A DNA stretch of 64,000 bases from Candidatus Woesebacteria bacterium (GTDB taxonomy: Bacteria; Patescibacteriota; Microgenomatia; UBA8517), in contig DMZH01000001.1 in the NCBI GenBank assembly GCA_003484955.1, positions 23,848 through 87,847 on the forward strand, in the 5' to 3' direction. Position numbers and translations under genes: made by a program. Numbering within the stretch: the first letter of the stretch is position 1; the number at the start of each line of letters is the position of its first letter. Positions 36,445 through 45,432 of the stretch are shown one piece after another. The notes under the pieces were generated by a model. The model searched no databases. It saw only the letters and a list, made by a program, of their open reading frames with translations, and was not told where the DNA came from.

Positions 36445-37249
36445 TGTTTTTCCCGGATTTAATTCTTCTGGAGAGTTCGTCCCATGTCACGAGAATTGAA
36501 ACCGCTACAAATGGTGAGGAGTAAGTTCCGGAAACCGTACCTACAAGAAGCGCCACCGCAAACCATTTAATTGTATCTCCACCCAGAAGTATCAACGCCA
36601 AAAGCATGAATATAATTGTGAATGAGTTATTGATAGACCTGACCATTGTTTCACTAATTGCCCTGTCTGCAAATTCGGAGGGGTCACCCATCCGGCCCTT
36701 CCGCATTTCGCGGATTCTGTCAAATACAACAATGGTGTCATGAACCGAAAATGAAAGAATAGTAAGAACGGCCGTCACAAAAAGAAAATCCAGTTCGGCA
36801 CCAAAAAAGTGCCCAAGAATTGAAAAACTTCCAATTACAACCAATATGTCATGTATAGTGGCAAGCGTTGCCGAGACGCCAAATTTAATACTTTTGAACT
36901 GATGGGCAATCCATAAAAGTATTGCGATAGCCGAAATCAGGAGAGCATAGATTGTTTTCTTGATCGTTTCCGGACCAACTGCAGGACCCACATTTTCAAA
37001 TTTTATCTCGGTTACCGTTCCCCCAACCTCTTTTTCCAGATTTGCTTTTATTCCTTCCTTTTGAACCTGATCGACAGAAGCGCCTTTGAAAGTTTTTACA
37101 CTTCCGTCAGGAAGTCTGTATTCCAAACGACTCCCGCCGGTAAAATCGACCCCAATATTAAATCCCCAATTAACCATTGAGAATATTCCGAAAATAATTA
37201 AACTTCCGGACAGAAGTAAATAAAGCCAGCGGTATTTCATCCAGTTCAT
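36437..37249 (-). CDS. secF: Protein translocase subunit SecF
   Basis: GVDFTGG, VGPAVG, HDI, SVHDTIVVFDRIRE; ATG 37249 overlaps the secD TGA. Confidence 0.95.
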   Translation of the reverse strand: MNWMKYRWLYLLLSGSLIIFGIFSMVNWGFNIGVDFTGGSRLEYRLPDGSVKTFKGASVDQVQKEGIKANLEKEVGGTVTEIKFENVGPAVGPETIKKTIYALLISAIAILLWIAHQFKSIKFGVSATLATIHDILVVIGSFSILGHFFGAELDFLFVTAVLTILSFSVHDTIVVFDRIREMRKGRMGDPSEFADRAISETMVRSINNSFTIIFMLLALILLGGDTIKWFAVALLVGTVSGTYSSPFVAVSILVTWDELSRRIKSGKNTK

Positions 37250-38574
37250 TTCTTTTTCTCCTTTACAAAAAGTCTTAATAAATTTCGACTCACATAAATT
37301 CCGGTAAATAAGCTTATGATTATACCCATGAGTAGTGTGATGGCAAACCCTCTGACGGGACCGGACGACTGAAGAAATGACCAATCCAGTGGATTCATTA
37401 ATACCAAAGATGTAATTATTGTTGCAACGTTGGCGTCTCTTATAGAGTCCCATGCCCTTCCGAATGAAACTTCCAGTGCATCCGAAATATTTCGTTTTAG
37501 CTTTTCTTCTTTAAATCGTTCAAATATTAAAATGTTGCTATCAACCGCCATTCCAATTGACAACATAAATCCGGCAATTCCGGGAAGTGTCAATGTGATA
37601 GGAATCAGTTTATAAAGCGCCAGTGAAATTACGGAAAATATAAAAAGCCCGACATCCGCAACTAAACCAAGTTTTCCGTACGACAGAACCATGAAAAGAC
37701 CAACCATTAAAAGTCCGACTGCACCCGCTACGACACTTTGCCTTACCGACAGAGCCCCAAGCGTGGCCTCTATTGTTCTTTCCTCAATCAACTGTATAGG
37801 AACGGGAAGTGCTCCGGCATTAAGCTGGATTGCCAGCCCTTTTGCCTCATCAACCGTAAAACTTCCGGATATTTGTGCATTTCCGCCGGTTATCTGTTCC
37901 TGAACAGTAGGTGCCGAAACGATTTGATTATCCAGTATTATCGGCAACTCCTTCCCTATATTTCTTCCCGTGATTTCAGCAAATTTTTTACCACCCTCTT
38001 CGCTAAACTGAATCGAAATTGCGGGCACTCCGGTACTTCCGTCAAAAACAACCTGGGCATTTTTAAGGTCGGCCCCGGTTAGGTCTGTTGGAACGAGGGT
38101 TGCTGACGGGGTGGCGCTCCCGACGGTAGTCGACTCTACAACTTCCGCAAAGGATAGCTGTGCAGTCTTGCCAATAAGGTTGATTGCGGTTTGAGTATCG
38201 CTAATCCCGGGAAGCTCGACTATTATTCTATCTTTACCTTCAAAATTCGATGTCCGGACGGTGGATTCTGAAATCCCAAACATATTTACTCTGTTTTCTA
38301 TAATATTTCTTACTCCGGTCAGGGCATCGGATTTTTTATCGGCAGGGACTTTATTCATATCTGCTTCAAAAACAAGCTGACTTCCGCCCGCCAAATCCAA
38401 ACCCAGATGAACCTTGAGATCACTCTGAAGCGAAAACTTACCGATATTTATATTTATATTTGGGCGAGTTATTTTTTTACCAAAAACAGAAAAACTTTGG
38501 GGTAAACTTATAAAAGTTGCTGCCAAAGCCAAAACTACAATAAATATAAATTTTTTAAGGGGAGTTCCCAACAT
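37246..38574 (-). CDS. secD: Protein translocase subunit SecD
   Basis: LGLDLAGG, RIIVELPG, AGALP, GMAVDSNILIFER, GFAITL. Confidence 0.95.
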   Translation of the reverse strand: MLGTPLKKFIFIVVLALAATFISLPQSFSVFGKKITRPNININIGKFSLQSDLKVHLGLDLAGGSQLVFEADMNKVPADKKSDALTGVRNIIENRVNMFGISESTVRTSNFEGKDRIIVELPGISDTQTAINLIGKTAQLSFAEVVESTTVGSATPSATLVPTDLTGADLKNAQVVFDGSTGVPAISIQFSEEGGKKFAEITGRNIGKELPIILDNQIVSAPTVQEQITGGNAQISGSFTVDEAKGLAIQLNAGALPVPIQLIEERTIEATLGALSVRQSVVAGAVGLLMVGLFMVLSYGKLGLVADVGLFIFSVISLALYKLIPITLTLPGIAGFMLSIGMAVDSNILIFERFKEEKLKRNISDALEVSFGRAWDSIRDANVATIITSLVLMNPLDWSFLQSSGPVRGFAITLLMGIIISLFTGIYVSRNLLRLFVKEKKK

Positions 38575-38594
38575 ATGGTCTTCAAAACATAAAA

Positions 38595-39179
38595 TTAACC
38601 TACGAGGTCTTCCTCATCGCCTATTATCATTACCCGACTACCGGACAGAATCCCCAGAAGAAACGGGTCACGTCTCTTTTTTCTAAAATCAAATTCATCT
38701 CTACTCATCGCTGTATAGTTAATTTCCTTACCCCTGCCGGTTTCTTCGGCCCTAATTATTGAAGCCAACTCCGGCAAAACAACTTCCCCAACAACCAAAA
38801 TGTCGACATCATCATCTCTTTTGTGTTCTTTGTGTCTGACAAATTTTCCGGAGAACATCACAAAAGAAACTCTTCCAATTTTATTTTTATTCTCAATTAT
38901 TATTTTGCCCAAACCTGTGGTTTTTGCAACCACCGAGGTTAAATCGCCGAAAAGCGGGTATTCGGGCCTAATTGAATAATAAATTCTATTGCCGCGGGGT
39001 TCTTTCCGGAGTACTCCATCTTTTTCAAGTTTAGTCAGCTCGCGTCTCACAGCATTAATTTCCTCTTCTGTTTCCCTGACAATCCCTCTCACATGATAAA
39101 CCTCTTTAAGATTGGAAAAAAACAGCTCTAAAATTTTTATTCTTACCTTTGAAGTAATAATGTCTGCTAAATTTGCCAT
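38595..39179 (-). CDS. Winged-HTH + minimal nucleotidyltransferase-like protein
   Basis: SKVRIKILELF...VRGIVRET.EEINAVRREL (HTH); C-terminal DVDILVVG...EINY. Confidence 0.7.
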   Translation of the reverse strand: MANLADIITSKVRIKILELFFSNLKEVYHVRGIVRETEEEINAVRRELTKLEKDGVLRKEPRGNRIYYSIRPEYPLFGDLTSVVAKTTGLGKIIIENKNKIGRVSFVMFSGKFVRHKEHKRDDDVDILVVGEVVLPELASIIRAEETGRGKEINYTAMSRDEFDFRKKRRDPFLLGILSGSRVMIIGDEEDLVG

Positions 39180-39202
39180 CTATTTTTTGGAGCAGTTAAA
39201 AT

Positions 39203-40444
39203 TTAATAAGTTACCGCATTTTTGGCGGGAACTAACTCTACCCAGGTCTGTCCTCTAACCATCTTTATCTCTTTTCCATTTGTATCATAAAAAACCTCCC
39301 TGTCAAGCGCAGATGCCTTTTTCCATGTTCCCTGAATCACCTCGCCATTCTGGAAAATCAAGGCCTTACCCGTTCCAATAACCTGATAGAACATGTGGCG
39401 TTCCGTGTCTACGGGGCCCTTCTCGGCTACAAACATTATCACAACATTTTTCGCGGAAAGCTGGGGTTTATCAAACTCCCATTCAAGGTGAGCGCTTCCA
39501 CCATTAAATCTTAAGTAAGAATTTGTAGTAGAATCATACTTCCACTCAACATCATAACCCGGCATACTCTCCCAAAAATTAAATTTAATATCGAAAGCCA
39601 TCGGTGAAGTTGCCGCTTTTCCATCTTGAAAAAGCCATTTTCTGAAACCTTCTGTCCAGGCAGTGCCATTGCTGTCTTCGTAGTTATAGCCTCTTTTGCC
39701 GGCCTCTTTCCAAACCTCATCCAGGTCGGCAACGACCGCATGTTCCCAAGCGGAGGCATTGTTGCTATCCAGACGATATTGATTGCGAATAACAATGGGG
39801 TAGCCAATATTATAACCACCATCAAAGTTGTTGCCGTCTGAACCCCCACCCCAACCTAATTTCTCAAGTAGTGTCACAGTGTTAACCGTAGGGTCAATTT
39901 GGGAGCTTGGCTTAACACCACCCGGACAAGTACTGCATATATTATTTGCCCCTCCCTGATGCAGGAAAATCGGATCTTTTCCATAACCTGCAGCCATATT
40001 TATAAAATAAACCCTGGCACTCCTAATTGGAGCCACCTGAACATCCTCAGCTGCAGCACCGCAATAAAATACCGACATAAATCTAGTAATTCCACCTTCT
40101 GCCACAACCTCATAAATAACATCGGCGCGCGATAAGCCGGATTCTGGTCTTGCCTCGACATGATTTTCAATCATTGCGGTAACGGGACGTCGCTCGCCCC
40201 AAATTTCACTTTCCGCCTTGGTATACATCTGACCATTTATCGGACACTCTTCAGTTTTGGGAAGATTTATATTAATTTTAGTCTTCTTGCCTACTCCGCT
40301 GAGAAGTTTCGAGGCTCCTTGAGGAGAAACATAATAAAAGACCACAAGGGAAATCCCCACAGAGATCAGGAAAAGACCAATAAAACTTGCAATAACTACA
40401 CTTTTTTTTGATCCGAACAAATTTTTAAAACTAAATTTATCCAT
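39203..40444 (-). CDS. DUF3048 domain membrane-anchored protein
   Basis: RPVTAMIEN...ARPESGLSRADVIYEVVAEGGITRF, PIRSAR, GQTWVE. Confidence 0.85.
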   Translation of the reverse strand: MDKFSFKNLFGSKKSVVIASFIGLFLISVGISLVVFYYVSPQGASKLLSGVGKKTKININLPKTEECPINGQMYTKAESEIWGERRPVTAMIENHVEARPESGLSRADVIYEVVAEGGITRFMSVFYCGAAAEDVQVAPIRSARVYFINMAAGYGKDPIFLHQGGANNICSTCPGGVKPSSQIDPTVNTVTLLEKLGWGGGSDGNNFDGGYNIGYPIVIRNQYRLDSNNASAWEHAVVADLDEVWKEAGKRGYNYEDSNGTAWTEGFRKWLFQDGKAATSPMAFDIKFNFWESMPGYDVEWKYDSTTNSYLRFNGGSAHLEWEFDKPQLSAKNVVIMFVAEKGPVDTERHMFYQVIGTGKALIFQNGEVIQGTWKKASALDREVFYDTNGKEIKMVRGQTWVELVPAKNAVTY

Positions 40445-40472
40445 AAAAACAACGTATTTTTAATTCTATCAC

Positions 40473-40931
40473 TTATTTGCTTTTTTGCGCATCAACAACC
40501 GCTTTCTTTTCCTCTGCGGAGAGTTCAAGGCTGCTTTTGCCATTTTTAATATCTTTCATATAAACTCTTGTTCTGTCTCTGGTGTGTAGACCGGTAATAA
40601 CGACTCCCGTATCTCTATCATCGAGAATGGCCAGACAAAAACTATGGTCCCCGCCAAGTTCGCTAAACGGATTAAACCTCACAAGTCCAACTTTTTGAAT
40701 ATGACGTCTGTCGTTATCATCGATTATGTCGATCTTTTTAACAAGTTCTTTGATGTTTTTGGTGTTTTCGTCTCCACGGACCAATATTTTCTCCAGAATT
40801 TTTTTAATATCGGTTACCTCAATCCCTTTCGTTAACTTTTTATAAAGAGCAAAAAAACGATACAGAAAAAAGCTTAAAGCCAAAAGCCAAACTCCAAAAA
40901 TTACATAAATATATATACTCAAGTTTTGCAT
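40473..40931 (-). CDS. DUF4446 family protein
   Basis: N-terminal TM; KVGLVRFNPF...GGDHSF..AILD...GVVIT.LH.R. Confidence 0.85.
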   Translation of the reverse strand: MQNLSIYIYVIFGVWLLALSFFLYRFFALYKKLTKGIEVTDIKKILEKILVRGDENTKNIKELVKKIDIIDDNDRRHIQKVGLVRFNPFSELGGDHSFCLAILDDRDTGVVITGLHTRDRTRVYMKDIKNGKSSLELSAEEKKAVVDAQKSK

Positions 40932-41002
40932 CAGGTTCCCGGCAGGCTTGTGTCATTTTTACATCTTGAAAAGTTAGTGTCAAGGAGATATAGACTAAGG
41001 GT

Positions 41003-41290
41003 ATGGTTGAAATACGGACCAGAAAAAATAAGGAAAACCCCCATTACGGGTTCCTGGTTTCTTGGGAGCCAAGGCCAATAAAAAAAGTTCATGTCAAGGG
41101 GGAAACTAAATTCAGCAAAAATATGACGTTAGGCTCAGACAGGCATGCCAAAAGAGCCGAATCTTTGGCACAAGCTGAGGCTGCAACTATCAACCGGAAA
41201 AGTATCGTGCGAAGCTTAATTCGTATCAGCCTCATATTAATACTGGAGCTGGTGATATACTTAGCCTGGAGCAAATTTATTCTGTCCTGA
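41003..41290 (+). CDS. Hypothetical protein with C-terminal TM helix
   Basis: 95-aa ORF; ATG 6 nt after TAGACT. Confidence 0.65.
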   Translation: MVEIRTRKNKENPHYGFLVSWEPRPIKKVHVKGETKFSKNMTLGSDRHAKRAESLAQAEAATINRKSIVRSLIRISLILILELVIYLAWSKFILS

Positions 41291-41309
41291 AGACTGGAGG
41301 TGAGAAATT

Positions 41310-41447
41310 ATGATGTACTGTGTAAAGTGCCGCGCCAAGAGAGAAGGAAAAGACGCACAAGAAGTTACCATGAAAAATGGTAAGAAAGCCACAAAGGCTG
41401 TTTGTGAAGTCTGTGGCACAACCATGTTCAAGATCGGAGGCAAATAA
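41310..41447 (+). CDS. DUF5679-like zinc-ribbon small protein (45 aa)
   Basis: MMYCVKCRAKREGKDAQEVTMKNGKKATKAVCEVCGTTMFKIGGK*; SD GGAGGTGA. Confidence 0.85.
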   Translation: MMYCVKCRAKREGKDAQEVTMKNGKKATKAVCEVCGTTMFKIGGK

Positions 41448-41471
41448 CCTTTGATTTTAAACGTTTAAAGC

Positions 41472-41501
41472 AAAAGGGCACCGGCATGACCGGCCCCTTT
41501 T
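41472..41501 (+). terminator. Putative intrinsic terminator
   Basis: AAAAGGG-CA-CCGG...CCGG-C-CCCTTTT hairpin after the DUF5679 gene. Confidence 0.55.
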
Positions 41502-41516
41502 GTGTTCCCCACTAAT

Positions 41517-42116
41517 ATGAATTTCGCGAAAGTATTCAAGGTATTTGAAAAAAATTACATTTTGGTTCCCCTCGAAATCTTTGGTTCCGACCCATATAAG
41601 ACTTTAGTTTCAACTCTCCTGTCTGCCAGAACAAAAGACGGGGTTACATTAGAAGCTTCAAAGCGTCTATTTAAAATAGCTCCAAATTTAGAGAAGTTGA
41701 ATCAGTTAGAAATTAACGAAATTGGAAAGTTAATCTATCCCGTAGGTTTTTACAAAACGAAAGCAAAGCATCTCAAGACGCTTGCAAGGATTGTCCTCAC
41801 AAGCTATGGCGGGAAAGTCCCAAAAACCCAAAAGGAATTAAACACCCTGCCTGGTGTTGGAATAAAAACTGCCAATTTAGTTTTGAATAGGGCTTTTGGT
41901 GTTCCTGCAATTGCCGTGGATACTCACGTTCATAGAATTTCCAATCTCCTTGGCTGGGTTCATACAAAAACTCCGGAACAAACAGAAAAAGAGTTGATAA
42001 AAGTTGTTCCCAAAAAATACTGGCCGGATATGAATAGATTATTTGTTTCTATCGGCCGGCAGTTTACTTCAAAGAAAAGACTGGAGGAGTTTTTGAGAAA
42101 AGAAAGACTAATCTGA
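41517..42116 (+). CDS. nth: Endonuclease III-like HhH-GPD glycosylase (no 4Fe-4S Cys motif)
   Basis: LLSART.D, GFYKTKAK, LPGVGIKTAN, AVDTHVHRI. Confidence 0.9.
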   Translation: MNFAKVFKVFEKNYILVPLEIFGSDPYKTLVSTLLSARTKDGVTLEASKRLFKIAPNLEKLNQLEINEIGKLIYPVGFYKTKAKHLKTLARIVLTSYGGKVPKTQKELNTLPGVGIKTANLVLNRAFGVPAIAVDTHVHRISNLLGWVHTKTPEQTEKELIKVVPKKYWPDMNRLFVSIGRQFTSKKRLEEFLRKERLI

Positions 42117-42551
42117 ATAAACTATTGTTACAGGCCCATCCATTACCGTTTCTATTTGCATATAATCACCAAAACTTCCGGTTTCGACCTTAATATCTTT
42201 TTCTTTTAATTTATTAACAAAAAGTTCATAAAGCTGCCTTGCCCTAACGGGATCTTCCGCATTTATAAAACTAGGTCTATTGCCCCCTTTGGTATCCGCA
42301 TAAAGCGTGAATTGAGAAACGACCAAAACACTTGCCCCGATTTCCTTTACCGAAAGATTCATTTTTTTCTCCCCATCTTTCATAACGCGTAGTTTTGAAA
42401 GCTTTTCTGCCAACATTGCGACTTCTTTTTCCGTGTCCCCTTTTTTAAAACCGACCAAAACAAAAAGTCCCTCTCCGATCTTTCCAACAACTCTTTGGTC
42501 GGGAATCAGAACAACCTTTGCTTCTTTAACCCGCTGGACAATTATCTTCAT
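42108..42551 (-). CDS. dtd: D-aminoacyl-tRNA deacylase
   Basis: VQRV..A.V, VVSQFTL, GNRPSF, DGPVT. Confidence 0.95.
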   Translation of the reverse strand: MKIIVQRVKEAKVVLIPDQRVVGKIGEGLFVLVGFKKGDTEKEVAMLAEKLSKLRVMKDGEKKMNLSVKEIGASVLVVSQFTLYADTKGGNRPSFINAEDPVRARQLYELFVNKLKEKDIKVETGSFGDYMQIETVMDGPVTIVYSD

Positions 42552-42606
42552 AGAAGTATTTTAGCAGAACTCAATTCTCCGCCTTGAAAGTGTCTGAAAG
42601 ACAACT

Positions 42607-43281
42607 CTAGTTTGTTTTTCCTCTCGAATCGTGACACCTGTTTTTGGGGTCACCACACTGATCCTGACAGGTCGGATCGTCCAAATAAATATCCGGACAA
42701 CCCGAAAGTTCAGGAAACATAAATGCTTCACATCCACCTCCCGGAGCACAAACATACTGTAAGTTGGAAGGCTCCTGGGCCGGAGGGGATGTCGCCGGAG
42801 GTGGATTGCCATCCATATTTTGGCAAAACGGATTTAATCTTACATTTGAACTGGCCGTCCCATAATTAAATTGACATTTTGGTCCACAGCCGTTTCGACA
42901 ACCAAGCGTATCTATAATACTGTCCTCTGTGTAATCCAAATTCCCATAAAGTTGGAACCAGCCGGGACAGGAATTAATTTCACTGACATATACATATGAA
43001 TTTGATGTTGCAGGATCACAGGGGAGATTTGAAATGTAAGTTTTGTTACCTAGACGAAAAGGATTTCCGCAAGCGGGTACCGAGACAGGATAACAACCGG
43101 TATCAATATAAAATTCTTCAACAAATTTACCGATTTCATCAATGTCTCCTTTTCTTTCTGCGTCCTGGGCTTTTGCAATTTGAGTGGGTACATTTAATAA
43201 GGAAAATACTATTAAAGTTCCAATAAGTGCAACAACAATCAAGATCTCAACCAGAGTAAAACCCCGGAGCCGAAGTCTCAT
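42607..43281 (-). CDS. Type IV pilin / pseudopilin-like protein with Cys-rich C-terminus
   Basis: RG|FTLVEILIVV N-methylation motif, KAQDAERKGD; 14 Cys. Confidence 0.85.
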   Translation of the reverse strand: MRLRLRGFTLVEILIVVALIGTLIVFSLLNVPTQIAKAQDAERKGDIDEIGKFVEEFYIDTGCYPVSVPACGNPFRLGNKTYISNLPCDPATSNSYVYVSEINSCPGWFQLYGNLDYTEDSIIDTLGCRNGCGPKCQFNYGTASSNVRLNPFCQNMDGNPPPATSPPAQEPSNLQYVCAPGGGCEAFMFPELSGCPDIYLDDPTCQDQCGDPKNRCHDSRGKTN

Positions 43282-43309
43282 ATGGATATATTATACTAAA
43301 TAGAAGAAT

Positions 43310-43543
43310 CTAAGAAATATTTAGGACTTTTTTAGCAGCCAGTCTTTGAAGCAACCTTTTTTCCTGTTCATCTTTCAATACCGCCCGTTTTTTCTCATCG
43401 TTTTTAAGATTTTTTTCGACTACTTTTTGGCACTCAGGATCAGGACAAATAGTTTGTGTGTAGGTGATCTTTGATTTAGATATCATCTCATCGTGAGAAG
43501 AGACTATTACTCTCTCTTTTCCGCAGCGTGGACATTTGCTCAT
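43310..43543 (-). CDS. Small zinc-ribbon hypothetical protein
   Basis: CPRCGKER...CPDPECQK, basic helical tail; ATGA-coupled to the RRM gene. Confidence 0.7.
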   Translation of the reverse strand: MSKCPRCGKERVIVSSHDEMISKSKITYTQTICPDPECQKVVEKNLKNDEKKRAVLKDEQEKRLLQRLAAKKVLNIS

Positions 43544-43944
43544 CTGCTAAACCCCCCTCTTCCAGGTCTATGACCACTTTTTCCACTTCTTCCAAAACTT
43601 CCACGTCCCCCCTCGCGCCTTCCGAAATCTTCTCTTTTCCCAAATCCTCCACTTCTTCCACCAAAACCCCCTCCTTGGGATCTGTCGCGTCTTTCCTCCA
43701 TTGGTTTGGCCTCAGCAACAATCAACTTTCTTCCACCAAAATCAGTGTCATTAAGTTTAGCAATTGCATTGGACGCCTCCTCAGAAGTTTCCATTTCCAC
43801 AAAACCAAAACCTTTTGATCTGCCTGTTTCTCTGTCGGTGATAATCGATGTGGACACAACATTCCCCACACTGGCAAAAAGATCTCTTAACTCATCCTGG
43901 GTGCTTGAAAAGGGTAGGCCAGCTACGAAAAGTCGTTTGTTCAT
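43540..43944 (-). CDS. RRM (RNP-1) RNA-binding protein
   Basis: RLFVAGL (RNP2), KGFGFVEM (RNP1), Gly/Arg-rich tail; ATG 43944. Confidence 0.93.
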   Translation of the reverse strand: MNKRLFVAGLPFSSTQDELRDLFASVGNVVSTSIITDRETGRSKGFGFVEMETSEEASNAIAKLNDTDFGGRKLIVAEAKPMEERRDRSQGGGFGGRSGGFGKREDFGRREGGRGSFGRSGKSGHRPGRGGFSR

Positions 43945-44101
43945 ATTGTCGAGCTTAAATATTAGAAGTTTATCCAAACGGCCAAAATTATAAGCTAGAT
44001 AGTGCATTATACCACAGATTCAGTACAAACACACCGTGGTAAATCAAAGCGTTGACTCCTATACATTCCAGTGGGTTTTTACTGAAAAATAGCTCAAAAG
44101 G

Positions 44102-44110
44102 TGGTATACT
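44102..44110 (+). promoter_or_regulatory. Extended -10 promoter of rnpB
   Basis: TGG-TATACT just upstream of the P1 helix. Confidence 0.6.
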
Positions 44111-44114
44111 CTTA

Positions 44115-44432
44115 GCACTCTGGAGAAAGGATGATCGCTGTATTTGAGCCTAGCTCTAAATACAGAGGAAAGTCCAGGCAGCAGAAAGCAGGGTGTCCAG
44201 CGCAAGCTGGAGACGGGCTTAAGAGCAATCTTAGGTTTGGCCAGTGAGAGCCACAGAAACTATGTCGATTCTTTTACCCTAAAGGTAGAAGGAAACGAGT
44301 GAAAAGAGGCAATCCTCCCCGCTGCAACCTCCGAAAGGGACGTTTGAGGCGCTTTCCCAAGTCCCGAGGTTCGAGGGCGTTAGATGGATGATCATCGAGA
44401 AACAGAACCTGGCTTACTAATCTTCAGAGTAC
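44115..44432 (+). ncRNA. rnpB: RNase P RNA (reduced type)
   Basis: GAGGAAAGTCC, GCCACAGAAA, GTGAAA, AACAGAACCTGGCTTA; terminal P1 ACTCTGGAGA/TCTTCAGAGT. Confidence 0.93.
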
Positions 44433-44459
44433 AAAAACCACCAGAAATGGTGGTTTTTT
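44433..44459. terminator. Bidirectional intrinsic terminator
   Basis: AAAAACCACCA-GAAA-TGGTGGTTTTT between convergent rnpB and AI-2E genes. Confidence 0.85.
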
Positions 44460-44466
44460 GTGGAGT

Positions 44467-45432
44467 TTAATTTTCTTTTCCCAGATATTCCTTTAAAAAC
44501 ACCTGCAACATAATTACGAAAGGGACTGCAATAATTACTCCCATGACCCCTGCCAGCTTTGCTCCAATTGTTATTGAAATAAGAACTAAAAGTGGAGAAA
44601 CACCTGCCGACTTTTGCATTATTTTAGGAACCAAAACGTAATTTTCCAATTGATTAACTAAAAATGCTACGGCCGCAGCGCCTACTCCTGTTAATGGCGA
44701 GATTCCAAATCCGATAAGAATAGCAGGAACGGCAGAAATAATTGGTCCCAGGACCGGAACTATCTCAAATATCCCCGTAAGGACAGCCAAGGGAAGGGCA
44801 AACGGAATTTTAAGTAAAAGGAATCCCAAATAATTCCCTATTGCTACCACCAGCATTAAAAGCAGTTCTCCTCTGGACCATTTACCTAGTCTTTCTTCAA
44901 TTGCAATAATTAATTTGCTTACCCTCTGCCCCTTTTCCTGACCCAGCAAAAGAACTATCTGATCTCTCATGCCGCTATAGCCCATAAGCATATAGAATGC
45001 AAAAACCAAAACAGTGATTACGGAAATAAAATTAGAAAAAACGGAAAAGGTAAAATTCAAAACGCCCCCTATTTGATTCAAAATTCCGCTAGTTATACCC
45101 GCTGTTTCAGAGGAATTTAAACCAATATTTGAAAGGTATGTTGGAAACGCACTGACAAAATTTGTTGTTTGTTGAACCAAAGCCGGAGCGATCAGGGCAA
45201 TAACCCATCCAAAAATTCCGAGGACCAAAATATAAGTAATAATAACCGACAAGCTTCTGTGAATTTTAAGTCTGGCAAACAAATTTACTAAAGGGTCTAA
45301 AATCGTCATTAGTAAGAAGGCAACAAAAAGTTCTAAGATTATTCCACGAATAAAATAGAGAAGTCCCAGTCCTAAAAGAAACAGGACTGTAAAAATAATA
45401 GTTCTGTGAGAAATATCAATTTTCCTAAGCAT
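44467..45432 (-). CDS. AI-2E family (PerM) transporter
   Basis: Polytopic; VPVLGPII, QLENYVLVPKIM, GVIIAVP. Confidence 0.9.
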   Translation of the reverse strand: MLRKIDISHRTIIFTVLFLLGLGLLYFIRGIILELFVAFLLMTILDPLVNLFARLKIHRSLSVIITYILVLGIFGWVIALIAPALVQQTTNFVSAFPTYLSNIGLNSSETAGITSGILNQIGGVLNFTFSVFSNFISVITVLVFAFYMLMGYSGMRDQIVLLLGQEKGQRVSKLIIAIEERLGKWSRGELLLMLVVAIGNYLGFLLLKIPFALPLAVLTGIFEIVPVLGPIISAVPAILIGFGISPLTGVGAAAVAFLVNQLENYVLVPKIMQKSAGVSPLLVLISITIGAKLAGVMGVIIAVPFVIMLQVFLKEYLGKEN

